Part shown: positions 12,326-25,808 of the stretch, piece by piece | How positions within the stretch are numbered: the first letter of the stretch is position 1 | Layout: each line of letters opens with the position of its first letter | NCBI GenBank assembly: GCA_030390025.1 | Contig: CM059433.1 | Coordinates: 19,718,001 to 19,782,000, forward strand | Reading direction: 5' to 3' | Source of the DNA: Squalus acanthias | Lineage: Eukaryota | DNA length: 64,000 nucleotides | Translations under genes and position numbers: made by a program | Notes under the pieces: generated by a model | What the model was told of the DNA's origin: nothing | The model's input: only the letters and a program-made list of their open reading frames with translations | Databases searched by the model: none

Positions 12326-13029
12326 GATATTCTGGTTGAAGAATTGCACCTCCTTGCAGGCCCAGGTCAAAAGCAGCAATGCTCAGGGTGTGGCTGTGCA
12401 GCATGATGGACCCTCCCCTTTAAGAACTGGAAGGCGCCAGTCTGTCTGAGGACTAGGTGATTGACAGCGCCTGAGCTTGAGTAGCGCTCTGAGGTAGCGC
12501 CCTGTTCCCCGATGTTAGCACCCTAAGAGAAGTGTGTAGCGCTTGATTTAGTGCTCCAATCACCTCCAGGGGCGCTGGAGACGAATTTCGTGGTTGCCGG
12601 CGCTAAAGTTTGCGGCCGGCTGGTGTTAGCGCCCCAAAATGGTCGATACCGAATTTCTCCCCCATTAACTTGAAATCAGACACTTACCTGGATAAATTAC
12701 ACCGTTGTGTTGCAAAATAGAGATGATCAATCAAGGTTACCTGCTTAGTATAAAATATTTCAGTAGTACGTTTTCTTCCAGCCTTCTCTTACAACGTTAG
12801 ACAAAGATGAAGCATGTAATGTGCCAATTATTGTCACTAAAACAAGAATATCCATAAAGATGTGTAAAGTAATAAAAATACACTCATCATGGCAAGGTTC
12901 AATGCAAGTAAATGCTGTGTATAACTGTATGAATCCCACATTGATAAGATAAGCTGTAATGTTGCTGCAGAGGGCTGCACTTCTAAGATATACATTGCCC
13001 ATGGTAAAGACACTATGCAAGGTTTTCAG

Positions 13030-13440
13030 TTTTGCCTTTCAGGGGTATGTGCATGCTGATGATTATAATTATGGCAGCACGGGTTTGCACCTTGTGAAAT
13101 AGGAGTTAATTGTGAAGAAAAGCTGCAGAGTGAGCGGAGGGGAGATCAAGTGCCAGGAATGATAAAAGGCATTGCTCCTTAGTGGTGGAATCAAGCTGAT
13201 CAGCGAAAGTCCCATTAACGTATTCTAATTATTCTTTACATGGATTTCTCAGCAGTAATTAGACCTAGGAGTCCCTAATTACAAGAAGGTTTACATGGAT
13301 AGTCATTTAAGAATTTACCAGCAAGATAAATCACTTGATGGGTTTTTAAATTTTATTGAGGTTACCCCGGTTATTGTATTGCAGAGTTTATAGCCAACTT
13401 CTAATAAGTCAGAGAACCAAAGCTGAGTGTTTGTTCAGTC
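13030..13440. promoter_or_regulatory. Candidate conserved non-coding element / enhancer
   Basis: Unique, non-coding, dense in TAAT/ATTA motifs, with a symmetric motif module at 13235-13300. Conservation not verifiable here. Confidence 0.4.
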
Positions 13441-14539
13441 CTTTTAGGCTAAGCTTTTTGTGTGGATTACTTCAGTGTATTTACAGTGTCAGGGTGGCAT
13501 GTATGAACAAGGCTAGCAGAGAGTGTAAGGTTCAGTGTTATAATGACAAATTGCAATTTCACTCAGCAGCTTCTGTGAATATCTGTGAATGTACACGGAA
13601 CACCATTCAATGCACTCTTGTGCCAAGGCTACTGCAGCCTCTGGAGATTTGGCCGTAATCGTAAAAGAACAGTTCCTTAAATTGAATATTTAAACTGTTA
13701 TTGTTCATGTGCCTTTGTCATTTGTTGTCTAGATTCGCGCAGAATATAATAATTCTTTCATAATTATTTTTTCACTTTTATTTTAATATGACAGGCATCA
13801 ATGGCAGTGGACGAACACATCACAGAATAGATGGGTTATAATTTCTTCTGTCGACTAATGTTGGAAAAAAGGCAGTATAAAGTGGGCTTCCTCAATTTAT
13901 ACTCGCATTAATCTTTTTAGCTAAAGGTAGAGAACAGAGGAAAATACACCCCATTGTGCTTTAACCCTTTCTGTGCTGTGGACAAACTATTTATTCTTAG
14001 TACGATTGAGCTGTCAGCACCTTGGATAAGATAGAATCTTGCAGCAGTCCTTCTTAAATGTAAGAGGCTGATTTGATTGCATTCATGATGTGATAATGTC
14101 AATCTCTAGAGTCTGGTATTCAATTATTCAAAAAACTAACCTTTAGAGCTGATTTCTAGATATTAAAAGGCCATTTTTTTCATTTGCGAGCCTCATCTTC
14201 AAAATGGACAATAGGACTCAGGTGGCAGAAGAGAACAAGTAAAGAGGCTGCAGTATTATTATATTTTTAAAGGCATAGAATAAGCTATATTAGAAAAAAA
14301 AGTTAAGTTTAAAGCAATGAAAGAAAAGGTGATAAAGTGTTCAAGTAAAATTTTTTATTAAAATTATATTTGTGTTCATTTTTGTCAATTAGGGTTACTA
14401 TTACAAGAATAAAACAACATTTGGTATTTGAGTAGATCTATATCTGTATTTTTAGGGTATGTTTCAGTGTCACAGTATATGAGCTGAAGCTTTAAAAATG
14501 GCAGGCCCAGGGAGACTGGAATTTCCCTCAGCCTTTACC

Positions 14540-14727
14540 TTGAGGGAAGGAAACCGGCTGTCATTACCTGGTCTGGCCTATATGTGACTCCAGTTCCACA
14601 CCGACGTGGTTGACTTAACTGCCCTCTGAAGTGACCTAGCGAGCCACTCAGTTGTATCCAAACTGACAACTAGGGACGAGCAATAAATATCGGCCTTGCC
14701 CACATCTCGAGAACGAATTTTTAAAAA
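14540..14727 (+). mobile_element. 3' part of a SINE (MER131-like family, same as 38297-38782)
   Basis: gggaaggaaa...ttacctggtctggcctatatgtgactccag...gcaataaat...cccacatc tail shared with 38297-38782. Confidence 0.7.
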
Positions 14728-15066
14728 GCCTCCATGTACTGAAAAGGTTAAATTTACTACTTCAGAGAGAACAAATAAAATGTCTCACTTAAAGGTTTTG
14801 ATATCTACCACAAATGGATAATTCTTCATTTGGATGATGTGTGGCTGAATCCTCTGTTGCTTTGCAGAGTAGCAACAATTGAATACATTTCTGCAGATAA
14901 AATTGTCAGCGCTGTTGCTATAAGCAGATAGCACTTTAAACCTCAGTTATCTCATTACTCATCAGTCAGCTATTTTTTCTTTTAATCATTTGCACTTTCA
15001 CAGATGAAACTGTGCCATGTTTTCTTGTGGGTAGGAGAGGTTGCCAGGACCTAGATCAAACACTAT

Positions 15067-15240
15067 GGGGCAAGTTTTCATCTTCACTGCCCGGACAGTA
15101 ATCTGGTGGAGTGGATCATCCACTCTTTGTAGAACCTCCCGATTCTCCATCGATTGATTCCAATGGAATGAAAATCAGTCGGGTTCTACAATGGGCGAGC
15201 GATCCACTCCACCAGATTACCATGGGCCGGTATCTACCCC
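15067..15240. mobile_element. Short palindromic Harbinger-type MITE
   Basis: Arms gtaatctggtggagtggatc / gatccactccaccagattac; centre attgattccaatgg; GGGG...CCCC ends; TSD TAT. Confidence 0.8.
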
Positions 15241-15488
15241 TATATACCTAAGGATAGCAATGAGAACTTGTTTAAATTTATGTTTGCCTCTAATATTGGA
15301 AGCTGCCTTTACATTTGTTTCAAATTATTTTTCTTGTGTGGTCTTTCTTTGTCAATATTCATTTGCCTCTACCAGAGGTCTTTCATAATGGATTTTACAT
15401 AATGCCATGGCTTAATCTTTAACTGTGAGTCAAATTAAATTGCAATATTATACCTCCTTGGGGTGTCCAGTTGTTTTGTTTATATATT

Positions 15489-15928
15489 AGCTTGGCTCAG
15501 AGGTGGCAGTCTTGCCTCTGAGTCAGGTGGTTGTGGGTTCAAGTACCACGCCAGAATTTGAGCGAATAATCTAGGATAGCACTCCAATACAGTACCGAGG
15601 GAGTGCCATCTTGTCAGCGATGCTGTCTTTCAGACGAGAAGTTAAACTGTTCAGGTGGACGGCAAAGACCTCCATGACACTATTGGAAGAGGAGCAGGGT
15701 AGTTCTCATGGTGACCTGGCCAGCATTCATCCCCCAACCAATACCACCAAGATAGATTAAGTGGGCATTGATCCCATTGCTTTTTTAAGCTTTGCGTAAA
15801 TTGGTTGCCATGCTTTCCTTAAAAACAACAGCGACTATACTTGCAAATATAATTCATTGGCTATGAAACTCTTTGGAACAACCTGAGGATATAAAAGGCA
15901 CTATATAAATGCAATTTCTTTCTTTCTT
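15489..15928 (+). mobile_element. DeuSINE, diverged full-length copy
   Basis: Head, core and aaggcactatataaatgc tail match 7403-8283. Confidence 0.8.
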
Positions 15929-17889
15929 ATATCTCAAAGTCATATGAAATTACAGGTTACTGTATATCAAGGTAGTGCCAAATAGTTGAGCTAGTTTTTT
16001 TGATTTAGGGTTGGTTTAAAGGGACACTGAAGATTGTTAAACTAAACTTTATTTCATTTCATTCCAAACATGCAGCACACTGACATTAAAATGTACCATT
16101 GTGTCATTTGCATGCAATGTCAGTGTGACAAAAATAGCTTCTGACTCTTCTCCTTTTCCAAGAAGAAAGTTTATGAAAATTCTTTTCATTAACATAGCAT
16201 CCATTTAAGGACTTCATCTTTAAAATGATTAACATACTTGCAAAATGGGCTTGAGCCCCACCAATTGTCTCATTATAAGTGCTTCAGAAATGAATATTAA
16301 AACTTTTAAAAAGTGATGTTCAAAGTCAGTCTTTAGAAAGAACAGAAAACTTTCTGATCTATTTTTATTGCAAATGTTATGATTTTTTATATGTGGCAGT
16401 GTTTCCACTTAATCTCTTTTCCTTCTCTTTGGAGTGGCTTCGCAGTGATGTTCCATAAGCTACATAATTTCCTCTCCCCATGTGGTACTCTCACCTCAGG
16501 GAGGAAAGATACATGGGATCATTATGAAAAAAAAAATGCAATTGAGGTTTAAAATTTGGATTTCTCCACGGTGCATGTCCTCCGAAAGTTTGATTCTTCC
16601 AAATTGGCTCTCAGTTTCTTAGGCCCCCGTCCAGGAGTGTGAGATTATAAAAATACCTTCTTACTTAAGGCAAACTGGATAAATGGGGAGTGGTGGAGCC
16701 TCAAGTGAAATAGAGCCTGGCTCAGGCACAAATATGCAATATGACTCACTGTTGGCCATGCCAGCATTGTGTTTCCAGTACAAGTTCAAAATATGATAAT
16801 TAAGTTCTTCTGATATCGTGAAGGTGGTGATATTAAATATATTTCCACATTATGTGGACCAATCTGCGGGATAAAAGATGGATGTGCAAGGTGTCCATCA
16901 AACGTATTTACTTGCGAAATGTGTCACATATACTCAGGTTCCAGCCTAATTAATTACTGCAAAATATTGTTGCTGGAGCTTTTTGTTGAAAGCAGTGTGA
17001 CTGACTGCTTTTTATTTTTATATTTGGATGTAAATTAATATAAATTATTTTATTAAAATGGACTTGACAACAATGACAGAAAATGTTGGAGATGCATAGC
17101 TGGTCAGTCAGCATCTTAACAAGAAAAGATAAATTAGCATTTTGGGTCAGACCCCTTTCTGTTTTCATTCCAGATTTCTTGCATTTGTGACTTTTTGAGG
17201 TGTTCTCGTGAAGATATACAGGCTCCTTTCTTTCGGATTGTATCTGATTTGCTGTGAACATTCTTAAGTTAAAACAAATGCTGTCACTGTTTTTTCACAG
17301 GCAGACTAAACTCACAAGAGTAAATGCTGGGGGTTTAAGTTAATTTGATCTGATCGAGGTTACATGGGAAGAATAAATCAGGCGGACAGATGGGTTGAAT
17401 ATGCTGGGGTTAATCATTATCTGGTCTACAGGTTAGCACATGCCAGTATTAATGAAATAGAAGGTTACCACCTCTCCACGTGCCAGTAATCATGAACCCT
17501 TTCTCCCCTGTGTATTTAGGAAGAATCCCACTATATCCTATGGCATATACAAGGGGACAAGGGCAATAAAAAAAGCGCAATTTTTGGACGAAATCTATGC
17601 CCGTGATATACACTCATAATCCTAACAGTATCAGTTGAACTCACCTTCCTCCTTCAAGCTGCAGGCTTCTAAAATCCATGCATGCTGTCATCTAATTGCT
17701 CCTTGATTTAAATGATCTTCTCTTCTACTCGTTTCACCCTTATGAGTGTTCTGCATTATGAATCTCAGCCTTCCCCCTCAAGTCAATTGATTAAAACAAC
17801 CTGCAATGATCTCTGCTGCAGCGTAACATTGCAGCTTCTGCAGGGGGTCAACAGGGGAAGAACCAAGGAGGTTAAATGTGTCTTGGTCT

Positions 17890-18059
17890 GCAGCGGAAAG
17901 AGGGCGACAGCGAATCGGCAGCCTGTTTTACTCTCTGCCCACTTTTCTTTTTCCATTGACTTGACTTCAATAAAAAAGAAAATCAGGCGGAGTGTAACAT
18001 GGGCTGCTGATTCGCTGTCGTCCAGGTTGCGCTACCACCTAAGACCAATTTCAGCCCCC
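17890..18059. mobile_element. Short palindromic MITE, partly decayed
   Basis: acagcgaatcggcagcc / gggctgctgattcgctgt arms, ccattgact centre, right end aatttcagccccc; same family as 30364 and 45662. Confidence 0.6.
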
Positions 18060-18605
18060 AGTCTCTTAATAGCCAAGCTTGGTGTTACTCAATCACTAAT
18101 TCTTGAAAATAACAATTTATAATCAAATCAGCTATCATACCCCAATTTCAGTAAACTGCCGTTCATACCAGTTATCTTTCTTTTCTGTCACTGCCTCCCA
18201 GAAGTATCCAGCATAGGTCTATGTATATGGAGCACTACCCCTTCGACTGTTGTCATAATTCAGGCAATTATGGATGGCCCTCAAACTTCTTCTTATAACA
18301 CACAGTTTGTTGGAAGAATCTTATGTGGTGGTCTTCAAGCTGTTAGATGACAGAATTCCAGGAGCAACCATCCATAGCCGATCTATGTGCACCATAAGTT
18401 AGAGGCAGTTGACTATTTCATTGTACCCTTATCTCAAACTTAGAAGATACTTGTTGTCCTCAAACCAGAGATGATTACATTGTCTCTTTTTGCAGCTTTC
18501 AAATTAGTGCACTCTATTGTCACATTCTAGGACATCTTGCGCTACAGATTGATATTCACTGAGAAATGGCCTGAGGTTGCTCAAGTTCATTTCACTATTA
18601 GTAGA

Positions 18606-18710
18606 AGAAAGAAGAAAGACTTGCACTTATATAGCGCCTTTCACTACCTCAGGATGTCCCAAAGCTCGTTACAGCCAAAGAAAAAAGTACTTTTGAAGAG
18701 TAGCCATTGT
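18606..18710 (-). mobile_element. DeuSINE 3' fragment
   Basis: gacttgcacttatatagcgcctttc... is the reverse complement of the tail. Confidence 0.75.
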
Positions 18711-21382
18711 TTGAGTCCTTCTTTCCACCTGTCTGAGCTGGATTCAAGTCGCAGTGGAGCAACAACCCTCTCAGTACAATTTGTGTACAAACAGGGTTAA
18801 GATAAATATATCTGGGTTATCAGTATTTCTTATTGGCCTCTTTTGGTTCAAGCACAATATAAAGAAACTGATTAAGTTTGTAATTATGAGGTGCAGCGTT
18901 AATGTTTGTGTGATATTCATTACACAGTCTCACACAGAAGATGTCTGAATATATTTCCATAATATTAATAACTCTAGCTCGCAAAAGTATAGGGGTTAAT
19001 TGTTTTACACACACATGAGCTAAAATTAACATCAGCCATATGTGGAGCAAAACTGCGTCTGCTCACTGCACAACCCTGCATCTATACACAACATGATAAT
19101 GCAGGTGCTGTTCTAGTCCCTGAATCAACATCTGTAATTAAACCCTGACCTTTTCTAGTGGCGCATTAAAATGCTTGTGCTTTTTGACCTGATGACAGAA
19201 GCAGCACTTCTGGTTCCTTATCAAGACATTGTATTAGTCTGTGGATTAGTGTAAGAGCAAAGTATTTTCCAATTACAGAAGCAGCCCGAAAGAGTGGATA
19301 ATTACAACAATTTATGAATTGCACAAACAGCTAAAGACACAGTGCTCTTCATCCTTCTGCCCAGACCGGTTTGTCATTTCCAATTTAAAAAAAAAGTATT
19401 TTTACTTCATCGTTGCCGCATTGTTTGATTTGTCACTTAGATTGGTGGGGCAGAAGTGGAGTAACATCTCCAGAATGAACAATGGGACCCAGGGATTAAA
19501 GTGGATTAATCCAAAGCGTGTGCTTTCAATGAAGTGCTATGCATTTTAGTACAATGCTTTAAATCAGTTTATTCTTCAGGGGGAACTCAATCACATTTTT
19601 TTAAATTGTAAGCTTTAATCTCTTTGTTATTCCAGAGGTGTATTTTATCATTTCAGTTTAAAATGTTACTACCTTGTGCTCTAGTTGAAAATGACATCAT
19701 TGTGAAGCTTTTTACATTACTAATCTATAAGAACTTTCTTTTTCACTACGCTGTTATTTAATTTGTTCTTTACTACTTAAAATTTTCTAATTTCTTACTG
19801 CTCAACTACATTTCCGTGAGAGAAATCGACTGTACTGCTATTAATGTTAATATTAATACTGAATTACATGAGAGTTATATCAGTCATGAGTGGGTTAACA
19901 AGGACGCCATCCAAGTGAGGCTGAATACTCTCACTCTAATCAGCAGGTGTCAGGAAGTTCTTGTCTGTGTGATATGTGAGATCATTAATATTCTTAGAAA
20001 CAGGCAGATGCATAAGAGAGTCATCTTGTCGGAACAATTAAACGGGCAATTAAAATAATGCTTAGATCACTGTGCTAGAATAGTGGTCAAAACCTCCAAT
20101 GAAGACAAGGTTGAGCTTTGTTTTAGTTGCTTGAACAAGGACACCTCATCAACCGGGACAAATGAGAAAGTTTGAGAATCCCCAAAGTGGTAAGAGTTGC
20201 ATTACTCTCTGAGGTGCTTCATTGAGTTTTTCAGCAACTAGAAAATAACACTTCTTAATTGCAAGTCACTAGATGGCGTGGAAACGGATTTTTGAGATGT
20301 AACTGGGATATATATATTATAGGAATGTATCGAAAAGAAGTTTTTTTTTGATGCCTTCGGCACTTGTGCACCAACTCACTCAGGCACTGTGGTCTCTCAA
20401 GTGAATCGAGGGTAATTCTAATTGGTAATTCTCAACAAAGCTGTAGTGTACGTAAACTGATCTTACACCCAAATGTGTGCTGATTAAATAATGTACAATA
20501 ACATTGCAACAACCTAAATACATTTATGTGGTTTATCAGTACAAGCTGGACTATGGCATTAAAATAACGTAAAATTATAATTTCTATGCAAATAAATGAG
20601 TAATTGTCCACTTATCTGCTACTTGTGGGCCATTTGAAAGGAGATAAAAAAAAATGTCTTTCAACACCACAGGTGGATCTGAGCAATGAGCAGTTTGGGG
20701 TAGCATTCCACCTCGTTTTTATTCCAGCCATTGTTGGTGCTGCAAGATGGAGCATTTCTGTTGCACAGAACAGTCCTGAAACCTACTATCCAATTTGTGA
20801 TGAGTTTGTGTTAATATAGAAAAGCTTCACAACCTAAATAATATGAAGATCCATGCATGTGCACTAAGAAGCAGTTGAACCAAATTGCAATCTGAGCAGT
20901 ATTGCTGCATCCCAAAGATTTCCTTAACTTGCAGGCAACGTGATCTCAATTGTCCCAGTTTATGGCAGGCTGTTGTCTTGGTGTGATCCTCTATGCACTT
21001 GAAGTTCCAACAGTAACCCAGAGCTGTTGAATGATAGTCATGACCAATATCACAAGTCTCAACTACTGGAGACTAGAGTGTTCCTATTATGCAACAGAAT
21101 CCTTATTTCCAACTCAAAAGATAGTTTCCAGATAATAGTGCTCGTTTGCAGAAAGTTCCACATGAAAGACTTCTAATTAAATGAATAGCTAAACTAAAAA
21201 CAAACCAAAGCCATAGGAATCCAAGATAGAACACGGGCTAGGTAAGAAACTGACTAAAAACAGAAAGTATTGGTGAGGAATATAATGGGAAACTATGGAA
21301 TATTTAACGTATTAGATATAGGTTGAGAAAATGTAGGACATAAATATATATGATGAATGGAAGCGAACTAGCAAAGACAAGC

Positions 21383-21921
21383 TTAGAATCATATAGCACA
21401 GTAGGAGGTCATTGTACCGGTTCACTGAAAGAGCTATCCAATTAGTTCCACTCCCCTACTCTTTCCCCATAACCCTGCAAGTTTTTCCTTTTCAAGTATA
21501 TATCCAATTCCCTTTTGAAAGTTACAATTGAATCTGTTTCCACCATCCTTTCAGGCAGTGCGTTCCAGATCATAACAACTTGCTGCGTAAAATAAATGCC
21601 CTTATCTCCCCACCTACCTTGGTTCTTTTGCCAATTATTTTAAATCTGTATCCTCTGGTTATCAACAACTCCTGCCAGTGGAAACAGTTTCTCCTACCTA
21701 CACTATCAAAACCCCTCATAATTTTGAACACCTCTCCCCTTAACCTTCTCTGCTCCAAGGAGAACAATCCCAGCTTCTCTAGTCTCTCCACATAACTGAA
21801 GTCCCTCATCACCGGTACCATATCTAGTAAATCTCCTATGCACTCTCTCCAAGGCCTTGACATCCTTCCTAAAGTATGGCCTGCAGAATTGGTCACAATA
21901 CTTCAGTTGAGGCGAAACCAA
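21383..21921 (-). mobile_element. CR1 3' fragment (subfamily C)
   Basis: Translates to SYVERLEKLGLFSLEQRRLRG; CR1 3' UTR. Confidence 0.85.
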
Positions 21922-22299
21922 CTTCGATCGGGACCTGGGAGTCATTCCAAACAGGTCTCTTTTAATTTTCAGACAATGCGGTGAAGCAATTAAAAGAAAA
22001 TGTTAGGATGTATAGTCACAACAAAAAAAAAATGTCCACCAGGTTGTGCTAAAGATTTATGATGCAAGGTTGAGACCACACACATGCTGCTGCGTCCCAG
22101 CTCCTGAAGCCAGTGGTAACCACAATTTAAACCCTGCTGGAACTGCTGAGGTCTGCATCTAGGACAACCCATTTTGTAATGTGTCTTCCTGGACGCTGAC
22201 CTTGGTGAACCCGGCAGGTTTACATTGGGATTGCCGCTGGTTGAATGAGACAGGTGTCTTGGGGAACAAGCGCTGTGAGGACCCACCTGCCACCAATAT

Positions 22300-22740
22300 A
22301 AAGGCAGCTTTAGAGTACGGTGTTCCATTTTGGCCAGTTAGCCCCGCAAAAAGACAGATTTGTGTTCGAAGGAGTATGGAAAAGAACGGCAAAGCTCAGT
22401 CTAAGTGCAGAGGAAATGAGCTGTGAAAGAAGATTAAGCTTTTTAGTCCAGAAAAAGGGAACTTTATTGAAGCATATAAAATACAATTATTAAATGGTAT
22501 AGATAAGGTGAACTCGGCTTATTACATGAAAGTAATACAGGAATGTAAGACCAGAGGACATGAATGGAAATGAGTGAAAACTATCTTTGTAACAGATTTT
22601 AGAAAAAACTTCATTATTTAAAAAGTAATAAATGTTTGGATTTACTAGAGGCAAAACTCCTAAGGTTATTTAAAGTACAATTAGATGCCATGGCAGGAGT
22701 GTTAATGTACTAGAGAGGTGACCTTTTCTTATGTTCTTAA
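22300..22740 (+). mobile_element. Highly decayed CR1 3' fragment
   Basis: LEYGVPFWP motif and ttcttatgttctta tail. Confidence 0.6.
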
Positions 22741-22819
22741 TCATGCGTAGGTAAATGAAAGAATGTCTGAAATACATTTTTTCCCTCGGCATCATTCTGC
22801 CGTCACCTCTTCTCTTGAC

Positions 22820-23135
22820 TCTTTGCTGGGTAAAGGATTGGTGACCCTCAGGTACCTCTCACAAGGGTCCATTATTCGTATGTGAACCTTGACAGTGAAT
22901 TTTAGCAGCTATTCTAGCATGGGGGGAGGGGCATCACAGTGCTCTCCCAACAATCAGTAGTGGGAACCCTGTCTGATTTCCCCCCTACCTAATCCAGAGG
23001 AGCAGAGGTCAATGGCAGCATCCTCATGGGCACTCCAGCTGAGCTCAGCTACCTCAGCACAGACCAGGATTCACACCTGGGACCTTCCTAGTCTGAAATC
23101 CTTAACTACACAGCAGATAAACTCACTCGGCCATC
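22820..23135 (-). mobile_element. Old tRNA-derived SINE (AmnSINE2-like)
   Basis: Minus strand starts gatggccgagtg...cccaggtgtgaatcctggtctgtgctgag...ggggaaatcagacagggttccc. Family name is from memory. Confidence 0.55.
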
Positions 23136-24487
23136 ACTAAAACTTCTTCTGAAAAACAGTTTAAACCGGACCTTCGAACACAAATCTGTCTTTTTGCGGG
23201 GTTAACTGGCCTGAACAAGCCTGATACCTTCCTCAGAGTTTTGTGATAGCACAGAGTTTATTTCTATTCGGTTTGAAAATGTCATCTTTCCTTTCCCTTG
23301 TAGAAAATATAGTTCGACTGGTGCTTCTTCTGCATTATTAGTGTGTTTCTCCTTAAGTATTCATTATATAATTTGTCTTGACTGGTTTCAGTTGTATGTT
23401 GAGTCTCAGTAATCACCAAACTTGGAATTGAAACAGGAGGAAAAGCAAATGGCCAGCAGCGGAGAGGTTTATCTTATTGAGAGGTCGGAATGATGATACT
23501 GTGTGGGGAGGAGGGAAGAAATTGCATCTCTCCCTCTCTCTATAGTGCCTGTTTGACATACTCTTCCATTCAGTCTCTACTTCTGGCCTTCATTATTTCT
23601 ATAAAACGCTATTTTCTTTCATTGAATCTCCTATGATGACTCATTGTTGACATCCTTGATTCTTTTCTGTTAAGAATTGCACCTTTCTACCACACTTCAG
23701 TTCACCTTCAAATGTTAGTCTTCTATCACTTCAAAATCATTTGCTTTTCCTTCTGCTCACAGGCCTTGAAATTATGTGTGAGGTACTTGTGGTTGAGCAG
23801 ATAGCGTGTGGCTTGAAGTTCCTCACGCTGCTATTTTAGTGGAGATGTTAACCCCATTCAACCTAATGGGTTAAAAACACAGCTAAAATAGTGCAGAGAG
23901 GCAATTTAGACATTAAAATTCACCTGCAAATGACCCACAGTGTAATTTTAGGACCACAGTTTGTTCCTTCTCCAGATCTTTAATTAATCATCCACTTTAA
24001 GTTGACTTCAACTTAAGTGATGTGAAGCATAGAGCAATGAATGACTTGGAGACATTAACAAAGATACTGTTTTCTGAAAGAAGAAATAAAACTCTTATTC
24101 TTCAACTCTTTATTCTCTTCATCTGTTGCACAAATGAGAAGGTTTTAATCGCGGTATTGAGATTAACAAAAATCTACCTTTGTTGGTCACATTTTAAGTC
24201 TAGGCTGTGATACACTTTCTTTGAACAAAATATTGAGCTGTCAGGAGCAGCAGCACATTCATTTCTGGTTACTTGGTCATGTCAAGTATAAAATAAGTAA
24301 AAGGCAAACCTTTAGAGGGCAGGAGAATGTTTAACTTCCATCACGATTCATCTTTCCTTGCTTTAAGTTCGCTGCTAATCCGGCTCCCAAAATTCCTACT
24401 TCATGATGTATCCGTAGAAGAAACTCATAACAAAACTGTCAGTAAAATGTTTCCACATTGCATTTTACAGGAACGTTTTACAGGTGT

Positions 24488-24945
24488 GTCAGTGGGTAGC
24501 ACTCTTGCCTCTGGGTCTAGAAGGTTGGGGGTTCAAGTCCCACTTCAGAGACCTGGGCACATAAATCTAGGCTGACACTCCAGTGCAGTGCTGAGGGAGT
24601 GCTGCACTGTCGGAGGTGCCATCTTTCAGATAAGACTTTAACTGAAGCTCTGCCTGCTCTCTCAGGTGGATGTAAAAGATCCCATGGCACTATTTTGAAG
24701 AAGAGCAGGTGAGTTATCCCCGGTGTCCTGGCCAATATTTATCCCTCAATAAACATCACTAAAAAACAGATTAACTGGTCATTATCACATTGCTGTTCGT
24801 GGGAGCTTGCTGAGCGCAAATTGGCTGCCACGTTTCTTACAATATAACAGTGACTACACTTCAAAAAGTACTTCATTGACTGAAAAGTACTTTGAGACGT
24901 CCGGTGGTCGTGAAAGGCGCTATATAAATGCAAGTCTTTCTTTCC
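24488..24945 (+). mobile_element. DeuSINE, near full length
   Basis: Close match to 7403-8283 throughout. Confidence 0.88.
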
Positions 24946-25094
24946 TTAGCTCAAAGCTTCTGCAGTTTAGATTGTTTCATGGCATTTTTTTGTTAAAAGA
25001 CAAAGCATTGAAAATGTGGTTAGATATGATTTGAAGATAATCAAAAAACAGTTCCTAAAATTGGTGGTAAAAAAATAAAGTTCTGTGAGTTCAG

Positions 25095-25290
25095 TTTAGG
25101 CCAGTCAGCATCTGAAAGAGAAAGGTACCCCAACGTTTCAGAGAGGACCTTTCGACAGAACTACTTCTGGTCAAGGGTTAAACCTGAAAAATTAAACCAT
25201 TCTTCGTTCCCTTTAGAAGTTGGCTCCATACATCCAGGACTTCCTTATTTCAATTTTTATTTTAGATTTGTAGCACTTGCAGGTCTTTTT
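25095..25290. mobile_element. Decayed inverted pair of Penelope 3' units
   Basis: aacgtttcag...acctttcgacagaact (minus unit) followed by ttctggtcaagggttaaacctgaaa...ttagatttgtagcacttgcag (plus unit). A similar remnant lies at ~17070-17200. Confidence 0.5.
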
Positions 25291-25808
25291 ATCTCTGCTA
25301 AAGTTAGTCGCTACTCACAATGTAAAAAAAACCTTCCATATATTAATTGTGCATTTTTTTAAAAGGCAAAATGAATGCAGCAAATGGACATTTTAAATAG
25401 GAAATGTTTATTTCTTATATTTTCCTTTTAATTACAGGTGCTACAAATGAGAAAACCCGCACCTTGGTCAGTTTTTAGGTTTGTTTATCGTTTAAACTGT
25501 GGACCCGCGCTGTTGGTTTCTGAGTTTGTACTAATCACAGAGCTGGAGCCCAGACAGGCAGACAAAGCAATGATTAGCTGTATGAGTCCAGCGACTGCTC
25601 ATTCTGAAAATTGACCTTTACTGGGAATAACTCGACTATCTTCATAATGGATGTGGTTTTTTTTGCTGCTGCTCTTTTGTACAAGCTGAAATAGAATAAT
25701 TTTTCAACAACTGTGCTAAGCTCTAGGACCTAAGCTCTAACAAGCTGGGTAAAACCCAATTAAACTGGATAGATGTCCGGTGATGTCAGAAGCACAAAGC
25801 AGCTGGTT

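Larger units (their letters stand above)
8501..12663 (+). mobile_element. Full-length PIF/Harbinger DNA transposon with convergent transposase and Myb/SANT genes (both mutated)
   Basis: TIRs gggggaaacattcggt / accgaatttctccccc (14/16); TSD ATT at 8498-8500 and 12664-12666; subterminal tagcgcc/ggcgcta repeats; two genes as below. Confidence 0.95.

Noticed and set aside
12688..12740. Minus-strand CAG|gtaagt donor with a short upstream segment
   Set aside because: Poor acceptor context and no recognisable peptide.
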